Shown here one piece after another: positions 1-13,655 of a DNA stretch of 64,000 nucleotides. How positions within the stretch are numbered: the stretch's first letter is position 1; each line of letters opens with the position of its first letter. The stretch covers positions 1,550,001 through 1,614,000 of the forward strand of contig NC_135830.1 in assembly GCF_964213995.1 (NCBI RefSeq), written 5' to 3'. Origin of the DNA: Mustelus asterias. Taxonomy: Eukaryota. The position numbers were made by a program, and so were the translations under genes. The notes below the pieces were generated by a model. That model searched no databases, was not told the DNA's origin, and saw nothing but the letters and a program-made list of their open reading frames with translations.

Positions 1-1399
1 TTACTGATAAAGGCCTAGATTAATATAAATAGTGACGGGCTATAGATATTTGATTGCTAGTATAGTATTTGAAGATAACGTAAAAAGTCAAGAAGTAGTG
101 CAATAAGTACTAATACAAGTTGAATCTGGGCCTAATTAATATGTTACTGATAATGCGTCCAGATTAATACAAGAAAGACAGGACGTGGTGCAGTGATTAC
201 TCATTCAGGGCCTAGATTAATATCACCTGAGACAGGATCTCGCACGGTGTATAATCAGAAAGGGTCTAGATTAATAGAAGCAGTGCTTGCTTCAACGATT
301 GATATTACTAACACACGACCCAGCTTAAAAGGAATGGCGACAAGATTTGTGACTGGAATACCCCTAGTACAGGGGCCAGCTTTATCTAAAACGGAGACAA
401 GGTCAAAAGCTGTACTTGTTGACAGAGCATGGAGAGAACATGAATCAAAGATAAATTTAGTGAGGAAGATTTTGATGAATTGCATTCTGAAATATTGAAG
501 AGACAACAAGTCGTACAGCGCTCACTGAGGCACAAACTCGTGCAATAAAATCGAGATGGGGTTTGGTGTTTCATTTTCAAAACCATCTAAGTCTGCAATA
601 TAATCAAATGAATGGTTTAGTTATGAATATCTAACAATTCTATGTTCGGGTTGTTGATACTACTGCCAGTGTAATAGGTTTATCTTAAATTTTTCAAACA
701 CAATCCCTCATACCATAGACCAGTCCTGATAACGTTCCTCTAAGATTATTGCTGTTGATGAGAGTAATCCCAGTTTCCTGTTGTGCTGATGATACACCTC
801 ACGGTGTGTAAAGCTCAAGTTCCAGAAATCCATCTAACTTCTCTGTTTCCAGTTGGTCATTCGGAATCACTGATCCCTACATACGACCCAGTTTAAATTA
901 CAAAGCAATTTTTCAAACGTGTCAGCGTAATAACACAAGCTGGCAAGAGAACTCGCCACTTACAATTAAACTGATCCTTGGAGCCAAGATTGTTCTCCGA
1001 AATTTTAGGGAATGGAACCAAATGATTGAATTACAATGTCAACTCTCAGATGTTGAATGTACTTTCTGAGTGACTTTCCTAAATGGCCAATACCCCCATT
1101 CCTTAGGTTGTGCAGCAAGGTCATTGCTACCAGGATTCAGATGTGACAATGGTAATGTTAGCTCAGCATGAGGAAAATGTAGGAAGGAGGTAAGTTAACT
1201 GGGTTTAGTTATCCAGAGACGCTTAAAAAATTACTCCAGATGCATTATTTAAAACTCTGCTACAGCAAGCAGGGGAAGTTAATTTCCATTAATCCATAAA
1301 AATCGAATAAAAATACTCATCAAATTAACAACTAAAATAAAAGAGAATTACCATAAAACTCCATTAGGTTTATTCATGCCATTCAGGGGAAGGGTTCTG

Positions 1400-1670
1400 C
1401 AGTAACTTCCAGCTCACTTCCAGGAAGCTCACCTCCAAGTCACTCTTCACCTTGTCTTGGAAATATAACATCGTTTCTTCACTGTCGCTGAGACAAAATA
1501 TTATAATTCTCTCCATAACAGCACTGTGGGTGTACCTACACCTCAGGAATTGAAGCAGTTCAAGAAAGCAGATCACCAGCATCTCCTCCATGGCAACCAG
1601 AGATGCCAAATAAATGCTGGCCTAGTCAGCAACATCCTCATCCCGTGAGATGCTATTTCTTTAAAAAAAA
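1400..1670 (+). mobile_element. 3' end fragment of a CR1/L2-type LINE (tail shared with DeuSINE-like SINEs)
   Basis: ...gcactgtgggtgtacctacacc...aataaatgctggcctagtcagc...; the tail resembles the 9225-9580 SINE tail. Confidence 0.55.
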
Positions 1671-1899
1671 GATCAACATGAAACTCCAGACCCACAGCAT
1701 TGTTTATTGACTTGTTGCTACCACTAGAATGACCCAGAACGAGATTCCACTGTCGCAACAGCGCTCCCCGGAAGTGTAATAAGAAATATATCCCGCAGAC
1801 TGCAGCTGTTCAAGATGCCAGCTCCCCTTCACTTTGTGGAAGGTTATTGGGAATTGGGCAATTACTTGCAGACTTACTTGCAAAACTCACAACCAGTAA

Positions 1900-2218
1900 A
1901 CTGAATTGGAGGGGAAGGGGTTGGTTCAGTTGGAGGGGAAAATAGAAAACCCAAATTAAAGGAAGAGGTAAAAGTGCAGTTTAGTGATGTGGTAGATGTT
2001 TTCAAGACAGTAAAGGTGAGAGACATAACGGGGCAATGTCATTATGCACCAAGGAATTATAAAAGAGTAGGGACATTTATCAGTCGAACAAATTTAAAAG
2101 CTTCGCATCTAAATGGACGAAGCATTCAGAACAAAATTAATGAATTAACAGCGCAGATCGAAACAGAAGTGAATGGGTTGATGGCGATTACTGAGACATG
2201 ATTGCAAGGATACCAGTT
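1900..2218 (+). mobile_element. Old CR1 LINE, start of ORF2 endonuclease (continues at 5214)
   Basis: LKASHLNGRSIQNKINELTAQIE...MAITET matches the CR1 APE N-terminus. Confidence 0.75.
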
Positions 2219-2340
2219 CTGATGATTTTGAACAGATTTGCTTTTTCTGGGCATAACTCTTCCACTGCTTCCATTATACACTCTTTGATGAGATCTCCAT
2301 CGGTGAACGGCTTTCCTCTTTTAGCCAACACATAAGCTAG

Positions 2341-4044
2341 GGCCTATAAAAGGTGAAGGTGGGAAAATCAGTACGGAACCAGTAGAAATGGCAAAGGTGC
2401 TTATTGAGTATTTGGCCTCGGTTTTCACAGAGGAGAAGGACCTGGGTGGATGTACTGCGGGCTTGCGGTGGACTGAAAAGATTGAGTATGTGGAATTTAA
2501 CAAAGAGGTTGTGCTGGAATCTTTGAATGGCATCAAGATAGATAAGTCGCCGGGTCCGGATGGGATGTACCTCAGATTACTGTGGGAGGCAAGGGAAGAG
2601 ATTGCAGAGCCTCTGGCGATGATCTTTGCATCGTCGATGGAGATGGAGGAGGTGCCGGAGGATTGGAGGATTGCGGATGTGGTTCCAATTTTCAAGAAGG
2701 GGAATAGGGATACCCCAGGAAATTACCGACCGGTGAGTCTAACCTCAGTGGTTGGTAAGCTGATGGAGAAGATCCTGAGGGACAAGATTATTTAGAGAGC
2801 ATTTGGAGAGGTTTAGTATGCTCAAGAATACTCAGCATGGCTTTTTCAAAGGCAGATCGTGCCTTACGAGCCTGGTGGAGTTCTTCCAAAATGTGACTAA
2901 ACACATTGACGAAGGGAAAGCGGTAGATGTGGTTTATATGGATTTTAGCAAGACATTCGATAAGGTCCCCCATGCGAGGCTTCTAGAAAAAGTGAGAGGG
3001 CATGGGATCCAAGGGGCTGCTTGGGTCTTTTTCTAAATGGAGGTCAGTCACCAGTGGTGTGCCCCAGGGATCTGTTCTGGGATCCTTGCTGTTTGTCATT
3101 TTCAAAAACGACCTGGATGAGGAAGTGGAGGGATGGGTTGGTAAGTTTGCTGACGACACGAATGTTGGTGGGGTTGTGGATAGTCTGGAGGGATGTCAGA
3201 AGTTACAGAGGGACATAGATAGGATGCAAGACTGGGCGGAGAAGTGGCAGATGGCCTTCAACCCAGATAAATGCGTAGTGGTCCATTTTGGCAGGTCAAA
3301 TGGGATGAAGGAGTACAATATAAAGGGAAATACTCTTAGTACTGTAGAGGATCAGAAGGACCTTGGGGTCCGGGTCCATAGGACTCTAAAATCGGCCCCG
3401 CAGGTGGAGGAGGTGGTTAAGAAGGCGTATAGTGTGCTGGCCTTTATCAATCGAGGGATTGAGTTTAGGATTCTGGGGATAATGATGCAGCTATATAAGA
3501 CCCTCATCAGATCCCACTTGGAGTACTGTGCTCAGTTCTGGTCGCCTCATTACAGGAAGGATGTGGAAAAGCTTGAAAGGGTGCAGAGGAGATTTACAAG
3601 GATGTTGCCTGGATTGAGTGGCATGCCTTATGAGGATAGGCTGAGGGAGCTCGGTCTTTTCTCCTTGGAGAGACGTAGGATGAGAGGAGACCTAATAGAG
3701 GTATATAAGATGTTGAGAGGCATAGATTGGGTGGACTCCCAGAGGCTTTTCTCCAGGGTGGAAATGGCTGCTACGAGAGGACACAGGTTTAAGGTGCTGG
3801 GGGGTAGGTACAGGGGAAATGTTATGGGGAAGTTTTTCACACAGAGGGTGGTGGGCGAGTGGAATCGGCTGCCATCAGTGGTGGTGAAGGCAAACTTAAT
3901 AGGGTCTTTTAAGAGACTCCTGGATGAGTACATGGGACTTAATATGATGGAGGGCTATAGGTAGGCCTAAAAGGTAGGGATATGTTCGGCACAACTTGTG
4001 GGGCTGAAGTTTTGTGCTGTAGTTTTTCTATGTTTCTATGTTTG
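2341..4044 (+). mobile_element. 5'-truncated CR1 LINE (RT region) with 8-bp TSD
   Basis: ORF2 fragments NYRPVSLTS, QHGF, GVPQGSVLG, FADDT; (TTTCTATG)n tail; TAAGCTAG at 2333-2340 and 4045-4052. Confidence 0.93.
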
Positions 4045-4399
4045 TAAGCTAGTTTGTAACCGGCCCTGGTTAAAGCTTCATTTTCAGTTATCTTCTGCAT
4101 AAAAAAGCTTGTTGGGAAAGCTACCTGTGTTGCATTGATTCAAATTTCTCTGAACGCTGTGTTCCTGTGAATTGGGAATTTCTTGTTTCATGTTTGGTCT
4201 CATCGTGCCGGTGTACATTGTACGCCTTCAAAACTGCAACAGTTTCGTTGCATATGACACACAAGTCTTTATCACCTGCTTGTACAAAGAAGTACTTTAC
4301 ACCCCATTCTTCATTAAACAGGCGGCACTCACTGTCCACTTTTCTTTTCTTTTTTCCTTCCATAACTGAATTGGTCTGAATTGCCCTCTTTTTAGGTCA

Positions 4400-4822
4400 A
4401 ACCAAATAAACAAACTCAGATTAAATCAGGACAAAGTAAAAGGGGCAGCTCCCCAAAGAGGAGGGGGAACAGCCCGAACAGAAATCAAAGTACAAAGGAA
4501 ACTTAAAAACATCAAATTAAAATGTGATTATTAGGGTGAATGATGCACCCCAACCCCTGCGGTGCCCAGCGGGCGCGGAAGGCGTCAACCCCGCCCGTGG
4601 ACACCGCATGCTCCCTCTCCAGGGACACCTGGCCGCGAACGTAGCCGCGGTAGACGGGCAGACAGTCAGGATGGACGGCCCCCTCGATCGCTCGCTGCCT
4701 GGACCGGTAAATCGCGCGTTTCGCCAGGCCCAGGAGCACGTTCACGAGGAGGTCGCCATCCCGACCCTCCCAATTCCGCACCGGGTGTCCGTAGATCAGG
4801 AGCGTGGGACTGAAGTGCTGCC
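4400..4822 (-). mobile_element. Tx1-like non-LTR retrotransposon 3' fragment
   Basis: DLLVNVLLGLAKRAIYRSRQRA...VSLEREHAVSTG...FRARWAPQG resembles the Tx1 ORF2 C-terminus. Confidence 0.75.
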
Positions 4823-5213
4823 ATGATTGTCATTGTTCTCGCTCATTCCAGAGCTTACAGATTGGATAAAGCAGCTGTCACTCAGTCAATGCAGAGCGGC
4901 AATTGGATAGCAGATGTCTCAATTGCTGATTCGTTTAATGAACTGTCAGCCACAGGACAGCAGCTCTGATTGGACAATAGGCCGGTAAAGAGGGCGGGGA
5001 TTTCCATGGGTTCATCAGACACTGCGTGGAGAGGCAGCAAATGTCCGGCCTGTGGCTTCCGTCGCCGTGTCCGGATCCTGAGTCAGCGGCGGGGTTCCGG
5101 ATGTGGGAGTGTTTTCGGCAACGGGAATCCCGTCCCGCCCCACTGTCTGCGGGCCAGATGTTAGCCCGCTGCGGGCCGGATGTGGCCCATGGGCCGTAGT
5201 TTGGAGACCCCTG

Positions 5214-6565
5214 CTCTAGGGAGTAGTCACCATAGTGTGATATAATTCAAAATTCAGTTTGGGGTGAGGAAGTGGAGTCCCAAACTCGCGTTCTGGAATT
5301 AAACAAGGGAAATTACATAGGCATGAGGACAAATCTGTCCTGCGTAGATTGGACAGGATAGGTAGGATAGCTGATTAGCATTGGCATTTGTCCAAGGTGA
5401 TATACAAGTCCGCACATCTAAAATATATCCCAGTGAGGATGAAAGATGGTAAGGGGGTAAAAATAAAATCCATGGCTAACAAGGGGGTCAGGACAATGTA
5501 AAGACAAAAACTAAGGTGTGCCATATTGCAAGCGCCAGTGGCAGGCTGGAAGATTGGGGAACTTGCAAACTTAAAAAAAAAACTAAAAACGTAATAAAAA
5601 GAGCTAAGGTAAATTGCAAAAGAAAATTAATGCAAAATATCAAGAAGAATAGCAAAATCTTCTGTCGGTATATAAAAGGTAACATAGTCACGAGGGTGAA
5701 TGATGGTCGTTTGGGCAATGAACCCGGAGAGTTAATAGTGGGGAACACTGAAATGGCAGAGATGCTAAATCAATACTTTGCCTCAGTTTTCTCTGTGGAG
5801 AGCACATTCCTATAGGGACGGGCAAGTTGGAGGTAATAGAAAGGATGCAACTTAGAACAATCAACATCGACATGACAAGGTACTCAGCAAACTATTGGAA
5901 TTGAGGGCAGACAAGTCCCCCGGGCCTGATGGCCGACATCCTATGATATTAAAGGAAGTGGCGGCATTGGTTATAATATTCCAAAAATTCCCTGGACACG
6001 GGAAAGGTTGCAGTGGATTGGGGGGGGGGGGGGGAAATGCCAATGTAACGCCCTCATTCGAAAAGGAAGGGAGGCAAAATGTGGGAAATTGAAGACCTGT
6101 TAGTTTAACATCCGTTGTTGGGAAAGTGTGAGAATCAATTTTCAAGGAAGCAATATCAGGACATTTGGAAAGTCGCAACACTATCCACCAGAGTCACCAT
6201 GGTTTTATGAAGGACAAACCATGTTTAACTAATTTGCTCTAGTTCTTCGAAGATGTAACAAGCAAAGTGGACATAATCTTAGGATAAGGGGTAGCAAATT
6301 TGAATCAGAGTTGAGGAGAAACTACTTCTCCGAAAGGGTTGTGAATCTGTGGAATACACTACCCCAAAGCGTGGTGGATGCTCGGACAGTAAGTAAATTT
6401 AAGGAGGAGTTAGACATATTTTTAATTGGTAATGGGTTGAAGATGTATGAGAAGGCAGAAAAATGGGTATGAGGAGCGTATCAGCCATGATCGAATGACG
6501 GAGCGGACTCCATCGGCTGTATGATCTAATTCTCGTTCTATATCTTATGAACTCATGAACTTATG
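5214..6565 (+). mobile_element. Old CR1 LINE, ORF2 remainder and 3' tail (degenerate, internally deleted)
   Basis: EMLNQYFASVFS, DKSPGPDG, 3' UTR cagccatgatcgaat...(cttatgaa)n. Confidence 0.85.
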
Positions 6566-8619
6566 AATAAATAATTAGACAACTCAAAACATTTCAAATT
6601 ACTGTGAATGTTGTAAATCTAAAATCAGCACAGAAAAGTTTGGAAACACTCCATCTGTGGAAAAATAAAAATGCTTTCACTTTTCAGGTCGCTTTGTAGA
6701 TATATTATCTGGAGTGTTGTCATTTAAAAGAACAGGGTATTTATCTCCTGTTACCTGGATCAGTATTTACTCCACAACTAACATCACCAATAAACAGATG
6801 AAACTAACATTCTTCACATCTCTGTTGGCGGGAGTTGGCTGTGAACTAGTTGCCTGTCTTGTTTCCAGCAGTGATTATTATTCAAACAGTATTTCAACGA
6901 ATTTAAGTTGCTTTCGGAAGCCTTGAGATGGCGAAATGCATTTTAAAAATGCACTCTTTTCGTCTAAATGTGAACATTTCAAAATGTGGGTTGTGACGTA
7001 TTGATAAATCTAAAATTAACGTGATTATAAATTACTCCTGCCATTGTTTAAAACTACTGAGTTTAAAAGGATCGATGTTCCATGTGAAACCGAGCTGTTC
7101 GGGGAAACTTAATTGATATAGGCTGCACAACTGGCAGAACTGAATTCCTAAATTTAATTGGGTTTTCTGTTCAAAATCGATAACATCTATGCCAAATGTG
7201 TTTCGGATAGTTGTGTTCATACATGTTTGTTCGAACTGTGAACATTTTGAAAATAATCTCTTGTTTTGAGTTGAAAATAGTCATTCAGTGATTTTGTTGA
7301 CCTAGTTTTACTGTCATGAACACTTCATTGAAACCAGTGAGCCGTTTATGTAAATAAACACAGAAATAAAAGTCTGAGAGTAGAACTTTGAGCGTCAGAA
7401 ACACAATAGATATTACCTCATCAGCAGAAAACAGAAATGACCGGGAGAGACATGCAAATGAGATAACAGATACCAGCAACGACTGAATTTTGGAACATTT
7501 CTAACAGTTATTGTAGAATGATATAAAGATGATATTTGTGTTCGAAATCTTTAAACTCCTCTGATCTTGGTATATACTAGCAGTAAAATACGTTTGTGAA
7601 TTTTCTTGTAATTTTTACTACTCTCCTTCTCTTTGTCCGCTATTTTGACCATTCCTTGGCTCTCATCACTGGGTCATTGGCTTTGCCTCACAACGTGATA
7701 TCTCAACAACAATATCAATGACCTCTGGCATAATAGATGGGAGTCCACAGAGGGCAGTTTACTCTTAAATGTGTCCAGTGCTTTCAACCACATAGGGGTA
7801 TTTGATGGGACAATCTGGACACTGGAGCCTTTGTGTATAAGCAGTCCTGTACTTTTAAATGAAATATTATTGAGGATTGTTAAAAATGCATGCAACAGAG
7901 CCATAACAATTTGGGAGTGTTCGATTAGATCATGTAGTATTACTTTGCATCGATCCCATGCGGTACCTTACTTGGGAGTGTTGCTGATCCAATGCAGAGG
8001 AGATTTTCTCTGTAATTATCTAGCATCACACAGGTTTTGGGAATATTTGGTGGGGCAGTCGAGGGGAAAGTTTCTTAATGTCTCAGTTTCGCCTACTGCT
8101 TAGTGAGTTTTACTGTGTGTCTAAACTGTCCCATATGTGCACTACATTTTCTCAATTTATATTAATTCGACAGTGTCACTGTTTAAGTTATACTGCATTA
8201 TACACCTGTTTATGCTGTAATTGGCCCTGCCACGGTTATTATCGCCCTAGACCATGTTTATATTTATTTCGCATGGTTCCCGTCTCAGTAAATATTTAAT
8301 TGAATCAAGTCCAAACCCAATGGTAACTGGGGAGGATATTCATGCAGGTAATACTGAACAAGACAATGGAAGCAGAAACAATGCAATTGTTTTCATTCAA
8401 TTACTTATCATATTGACAGCAGAAAATATTACATTCCTTTTCAAGTGCGAGAATTACAGATTAATTATTCTCAAGCCAGGTTTAGGTACACTGTGCTTTT
8501 TTAACACAAATGATCACATATCAAAGCAAGACAAAATAAATCATTTGCCAAAACGCGCATAAACTGCTGAGTAGCTGTTCATTTTCCTTCCTGTAATTAA
8601 TCAATTTTCAAGTTGAATA

Positions 8620-9200
8620 TTGGGGTCAGTAAAGCTCAAATTGGTGCCAGAATAGCCAGTGTAACATTACATCCTGCACAAGATCAGCACACCAATTGGG
8701 AAGAAGTGGCAGTGGGAGTCTTCGTGATTGACCCCAGGTGTTACGAAGTCTCACACCAGCAGACCAGAGATTTGGTGGATTAATCTAATTTTCATCTCAA
8801 TTGTCCCTCGTCGACTATTGAATATGTACTGCTAAACTTTGACCACAGCTTGGAAAAAGAACTGAAAGTGGCACAGAGAGCACGACAGCAAGGTCAATCA
8901 AAGAGAATGGCGCATTACTGACAGAGCTGGCCGTGACATGACTAAACCATTTGCTGGACCAATAACCTGAGAGAGCACGAGAGGCATAATTACTTGAGAC
9001 AACACACATTATTCTATCCGATGCAGGAACACCTGTTCAGGATAGCATTGGTGTGACTGAATGCCACGCAACATCTTCTCTACACGAAGACACGTCCTCA
9101 CACTGAGCGTGCCATCCGTCTTGCTTTGTGCTATTGCCACTGTATCATTCTTCAAAGCACATCCAGCAGCAACAACTGGGATTTGGCGAGCCCATTGGCA
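8620..9200 (+). mobile_element. Degenerate CR1/L2-clade LINE endonuclease fragment
   Basis: Resembles 38220-38500 (QQEWLGS...RVL motif); heavily decayed. Confidence 0.45.
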
Positions 9201-9224
9201 ACATTAAAATTATCACCACAATAA

Positions 9225-9580
9225 GGGGAGGCGGTGGTATTGTTGCCAGACTACTAATCCAGAAAATGCAGTTAACGTTCTGAAGACCAGGGCTCAAATC
9301 CCACCACGGCAGCTTGGGGAATTTGAACTCAATTTAAAAAGTAATATATCTGGAATTAAGAATCTACTGATGACCAAGAAAATGTTGATTGTCGGGAAAA
9401 CCCATCTGGTTCACTAAAACCTTTTAGGGAAGAAAATCTGCCATCCTTACCCTGTCTGGCTTACATGTGTCACAGCAATGTTATTGACTCTCAACTGCCC
9501 TCTGAACAAGGGCAACTAGGGATGGGCAATAAAGGTTGGCCAGCCAACGACGCCCATGTCCCACAAATGAATAAAAAAAC
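9225..9580 (+). mobile_element. DeuSINE/SacSINE1-like SINE
   Basis: tRNA-like head, Deu core aaaacccatctggttcactaa...aaatctgccatccttacc, LINE-derived tail and A-run. Confidence 0.75.
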
Positions 9581-9729
9581 CTGGAGGTGATGGGTGGAGT
9601 ATGCTGCTGCTGCAGTGTTATAACCTTGTCCCCACCATTATCATAGAGTTATGAGATCACCTATTGAACAACGGTGAATGTGGGGATGCAGGTCAGATGC
9701 AGCAGGAGCAACCAGAAATAAGGAATCAG

Positions 9730-10012
9730 GGCTGTACGGTGGCACAGTAGTTAGCACTGTTCCCTCACAGTGCCAGGCCCGGGTTCGATTCCGCCTTGGC
9801 TCACCGTCTGTGCATTGTCTGCACGCTCTCCCCGTGTCTGCCTGGGTTTCCTCCATGTGCTCTGGATTCGTCCAACAGTCTGAAAAACGTGCTGGTTAAG
9901 TACATTGGCCATGCTAAATTCTCCCTCATTGTACCCCGCTGGAGTGTGATGACTAGGGGATTTCCACAATAACTTCATTGCAGTGTAAACTTGTGACAAT
10001 AATAAAAAAAAC
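9730..10012 (+). mobile_element. HE1-related tRNA-derived SINE (alternative tail)
   Basis: ggtggcacagtagttagcactg...gggttcgattcc head, gggtttcctcc core, ...ttgcagtgtaaacttgtgacaataataaa tail. Confidence 0.75.
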
Positions 10013-10129
10013 CTTTGTCAAGTTATGTCACCGTGATGAATGCTTTCAAACGGGAAATACACACACAAAATTTCTGATCACAGTCGTCAGTAAATTAATT
10101 GAAGGTGTCACCAACAGCGCAATCACTAA

Positions 10130-10950
10130 GTAACTGTTCAGAAAATCTCAGTTTGTGTTACACCAGAGCCTTTCATGTTCCAGACTACATTAAACCTTTG
10201 ATCAGAAGAAAGGCCGATGACTGAATTCGCAATGTGAGAGCGACTGCTCTTGGCATCATGGTAGTTTTGACCAATGGGGGCACAAAGCATCCTTCACAGA
10301 ATAGAAATCAGCGACGATTAGGAGGAAAGCTCTCCATTCAGTGGAGTCATACTTAACAGTACGGAAAGTGATTGTTGTCGCTGGAGGCCAAGACCTCAAC
10401 ACAGTAATCGTTCGAAGAGTTTCTGGGGGATTGACAGAGTCTTCAGGTGCTTTATTTGTTTATCAATAATCTTTTATTCCACAGGTAAGGTTGTTCGTGA
10501 ATTATTGAACAATTTTCAAGATAATTCACGAAGATATCGAATAAATCTCCACCTCCAGGCAGAAAAACGGTGGGCAACATTTAGCCTTGGTTTGAGAATT
10601 GGAAAGTGACATTCAGCTACAAATATCAGGCAATGGCCATTTTCATCGAGAGAGAATCTAACCATCTCTCATTGATATTGAAAGATATTGCAAGCGTTGA
10701 TCTGCCACCAGAGTGAAGAATTAGATTAAATACTCTCCAATTGTTTGGATTTGGACCATGCCAACAACGCACAACTTAGTGAGCTCTGGGAAACTGTTGC
10801 TGTGCAACTGTCACTGTTTCTTCTATTCGTCAACCTTTCGACAACATATACGAGGAAAATATCATTCTGCATGATTGGTAATCCCACCCATCATTAGATT
10901 GTTACTCCTTCCCTGTTGCGAGCTCAGCATCCTGAAATTCCACCCCTAAC
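10130..10950 (+). mobile_element. Degenerate LINE RT fragment
   Basis: Decayed RT-like sequence of the same lineage as 8620-9200. Confidence 0.4.
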
Positions 10951-12934
10951 AGCACTGTACAATACAATCATAGAAATCTGCCTCACAGAAAGGGTCCATT
11001 CATCACAGCCAATAAGTAGTTACCAGGCAGAATCAACTGTCTATCTTTTGGCCCCTGACCTTGTAGGTTGTGTCACCGCAAGTACGTATCCCAGTTGCAT
11101 TGAAAAATAAGATGAGGGTTTCTGATTCTCCCACCTTTTCAGGCAATGAAGTCCAGATACCCTTTCACCACTGTATGAAAACACACACCACACCCCCACC
11201 ACAGGTCTCATATGCACTATTTATTCCAGTATTTCCCAAACTTGTCTTCTGGGGCAGTTGACTCAATCTCTTTCATATTTAGTACCTTCATCATTTCAGC
11301 TTGATTCTTCATTCGCCACAACAGGAAATCAGTTGCAGGTTTTGTTCCCTGCTCTCCTTGTGTTATATGCCTAGAAATGAAATATTCATTCAAAAGGTTT
11401 GTGTCGCCCTGACTGCATGTGGCATATGGACACAGCATCATGAGACAACGCAAAGGGTGTGTGATCACAAGTATGTCTGCATCACATTGGCCTAGAATTT
11501 AAGGTAGGGCTTCCAGGCCAATTCCAACCAGAATTTGGAAGCAAAATCCTGGGTATCATAAATCAGATAAGCCCGTGCGAGGAGGCCAAGTTTCTGGATA
11601 CAATTACCATTGTTTGGCCTCTCCCATAAATCTACAGAATCAAAATTTATTTCGTCTACCCGGGCAATTGAGCATTCTATTGTTTCAAATATTCCCAGCC
11701 TCTAGAAATCACGTACAGCTTCGTACTCTCTACAGTGTTAGATAAACCCCAGAGAATCATTGTTTCGTTCTGTGCACAATGTGCGTCAGAATGGGATCGA
11801 CACCTTTCACGGATGGCCATCAAGATTAATAACCCTGGTATATCAGAGGGGATGGTTTCTGGGAATACATCTCAAGATCTTAAATTCTGCCACAACCTAT
11901 GGAGGAGAGATATGGATTAAATAAATAGTGCTTGATGTCTGGCATGCGTTTGAATGTAATCGATAGGGTAATGCGAAGGGGTTGAGACTTAAATCAATGA
12001 AAGACAATTACACTGCCAATTGTTGACTGGTTTTGCATTCTTGTAGAATGCAATGACAACTATGCCAGCACAATACAAATTTAAGTTCAGCAATCCACAA
12101 TTTAATATTAGTGCTTGCTTCCATTCATTTTTTCTTTACTTGTCCCGATAAGCTGCGGTCGGCTGAGTGACAATTGCAGTCTGGCTACTGATTGGCGCTC
12201 ACAAAATTTTTAGAATAATTTTATTAGCAGTGTTTATTTTTCAAAATGCAACCCGCTTTGGTACAGCTGGAAGAAAATTGCTCTTGGTATTTGAATGGCT
12301 GAAGACAGCTGTCTTAAATTCAACAGGAATTCAATGTTTTTTTTCTGTCCTCCTGAATATTAGCAAGAAGGAAATTCAAAATCATGCCCCTATTCTCTGA
12401 TTATAATTTTCCTTTAATGGTTTCACATTTACTGATATTGTTTAATCTCCAGGATATTTCCTTAGTTTGTGGAATAAATATGTCACAGAGATGCGAAAGA
12501 GAAACACAGTTTATTTTAAAATTCTCAACTAAATGAGGATCTGTGAACAGTTCAGTCTCATCGTTGTAACGCCAAATATCTCCCAACCAGTAAAGCACAA
12601 TGTGAAATGATATAACAATATTCAAACTGATCAACTGAATGTCATCAACGCCCTGATTCAGCAAGGAATGGTTCAAAACGAAGCAGCACATTTAAATAAA
12701 CATTAAACCTCAAATTGAGTGATATGGACCTGAATAAAAAGATGTTAAATGTAAAATATAATCGGCTTCACGGGCCAAATATACTTACTGTTTGTATCCT
12801 TTCATTTCCAATTAAGCAAGCAGGACCAAATTGGGATAAGAAATACATTCGTCAATCACAACCACAGGTAATGTCATAGCGTTTTAGGTGCAATGGAGAC
12901 TTTTAAAAAATACTTAGCCTCCATTGTGGTTGTT

Positions 12935-13101
12935 CAAAGATGTGCAGGTTAGGTGGATTGGCCATGCTCAATTTCCCCTTAGTGCTAGAGGATTAGCAGG
13001 ATAAATCCGTGGCGATACGGGGATAGGATTTGGGTGGAAATGTTATCGGTGACCCTTGATGGGCCGAATGGCCTCCTTCTGCACTGTCGGGATTCTATGA
13101 T
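12935..13101 (+). mobile_element. HE1 SINE 3' half
   Basis: caaagatgtgcaggttaggtggattggccatgct...gatgggccgaatggcctccttctgcactgt. Confidence 0.75.
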
Positions 13102-13556
13102 CCTCTTCTCTGATTCTAGCACAGCGGAATGTGGCGTTGATTGTGTGCACAGCTGAATCTACCAAAATATGCTGTGAAACATCATCAGGTAATCAGATAT
13201 CAGGATGTTGGTTGAAGGATAAATATTGGTGGTGGAGCCAGGAGATATTTCTCTTGAAGTTTGAAGTCACTCAATGGCATATTTCACGTTCATCTAAAAG
13301 GAAGCATCTGAGCACATGCGGAGAATGTAAATACTCGCATTGTTCAATTATTTTTTTCAAAATAATCTGCTTTGGAGTGTCGGTTTCTAATTCAAAAGCG
13401 CAAATCGACAACTAAACACAGGGGAACACAGATCACTAACGGTTACATTTTTTTTCAATTAAGTCAGACAGGAAAAGGGAGGAGGAGTTAGACTGCTCGG
13501 GAGGAGACGGTGACTCCCAGTCTCCAGCTCTCTCTGTCGCATTGAGCTCCAGCCAG

Positions 13557-13564
13557 TATAAATA
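13557..13564 (+). promoter_or_regulatory. TATA box of the IgH V promoter
   Basis: TATAAATA about 100 bp upstream of the leader ATG at 13656. Confidence 0.7.
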
Positions 13565-13655
13565 GCAGATCTGTTCAGTTCCAGGTTCACAATCAGGAGG
13601 CGTTGTTGCGCCATCGATTCACGTTCCCGAATCGGTTATACCCAGAGACTGAAGA

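Larger units (their letters stand above)
2220..5213 (-). mobile_element. hAT (Charlie/SPIN-like) DNA transposon remnant, interrupted by CR1 and Tx1 insertions
   Basis: Minus-strand transposase MEGKKKRKVDSECRLFNEEW...CVIC...RH (4363-4121), continuing ...GYKLAYVLAKRGKPFTDGDLIKECIMEAVEELCPEK (2340-2225). Terminus CAGGGGTCTCCAAACTACGGCCC at 5213-5191 is flanked by CTCTAGGG. Confidence 0.88.
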
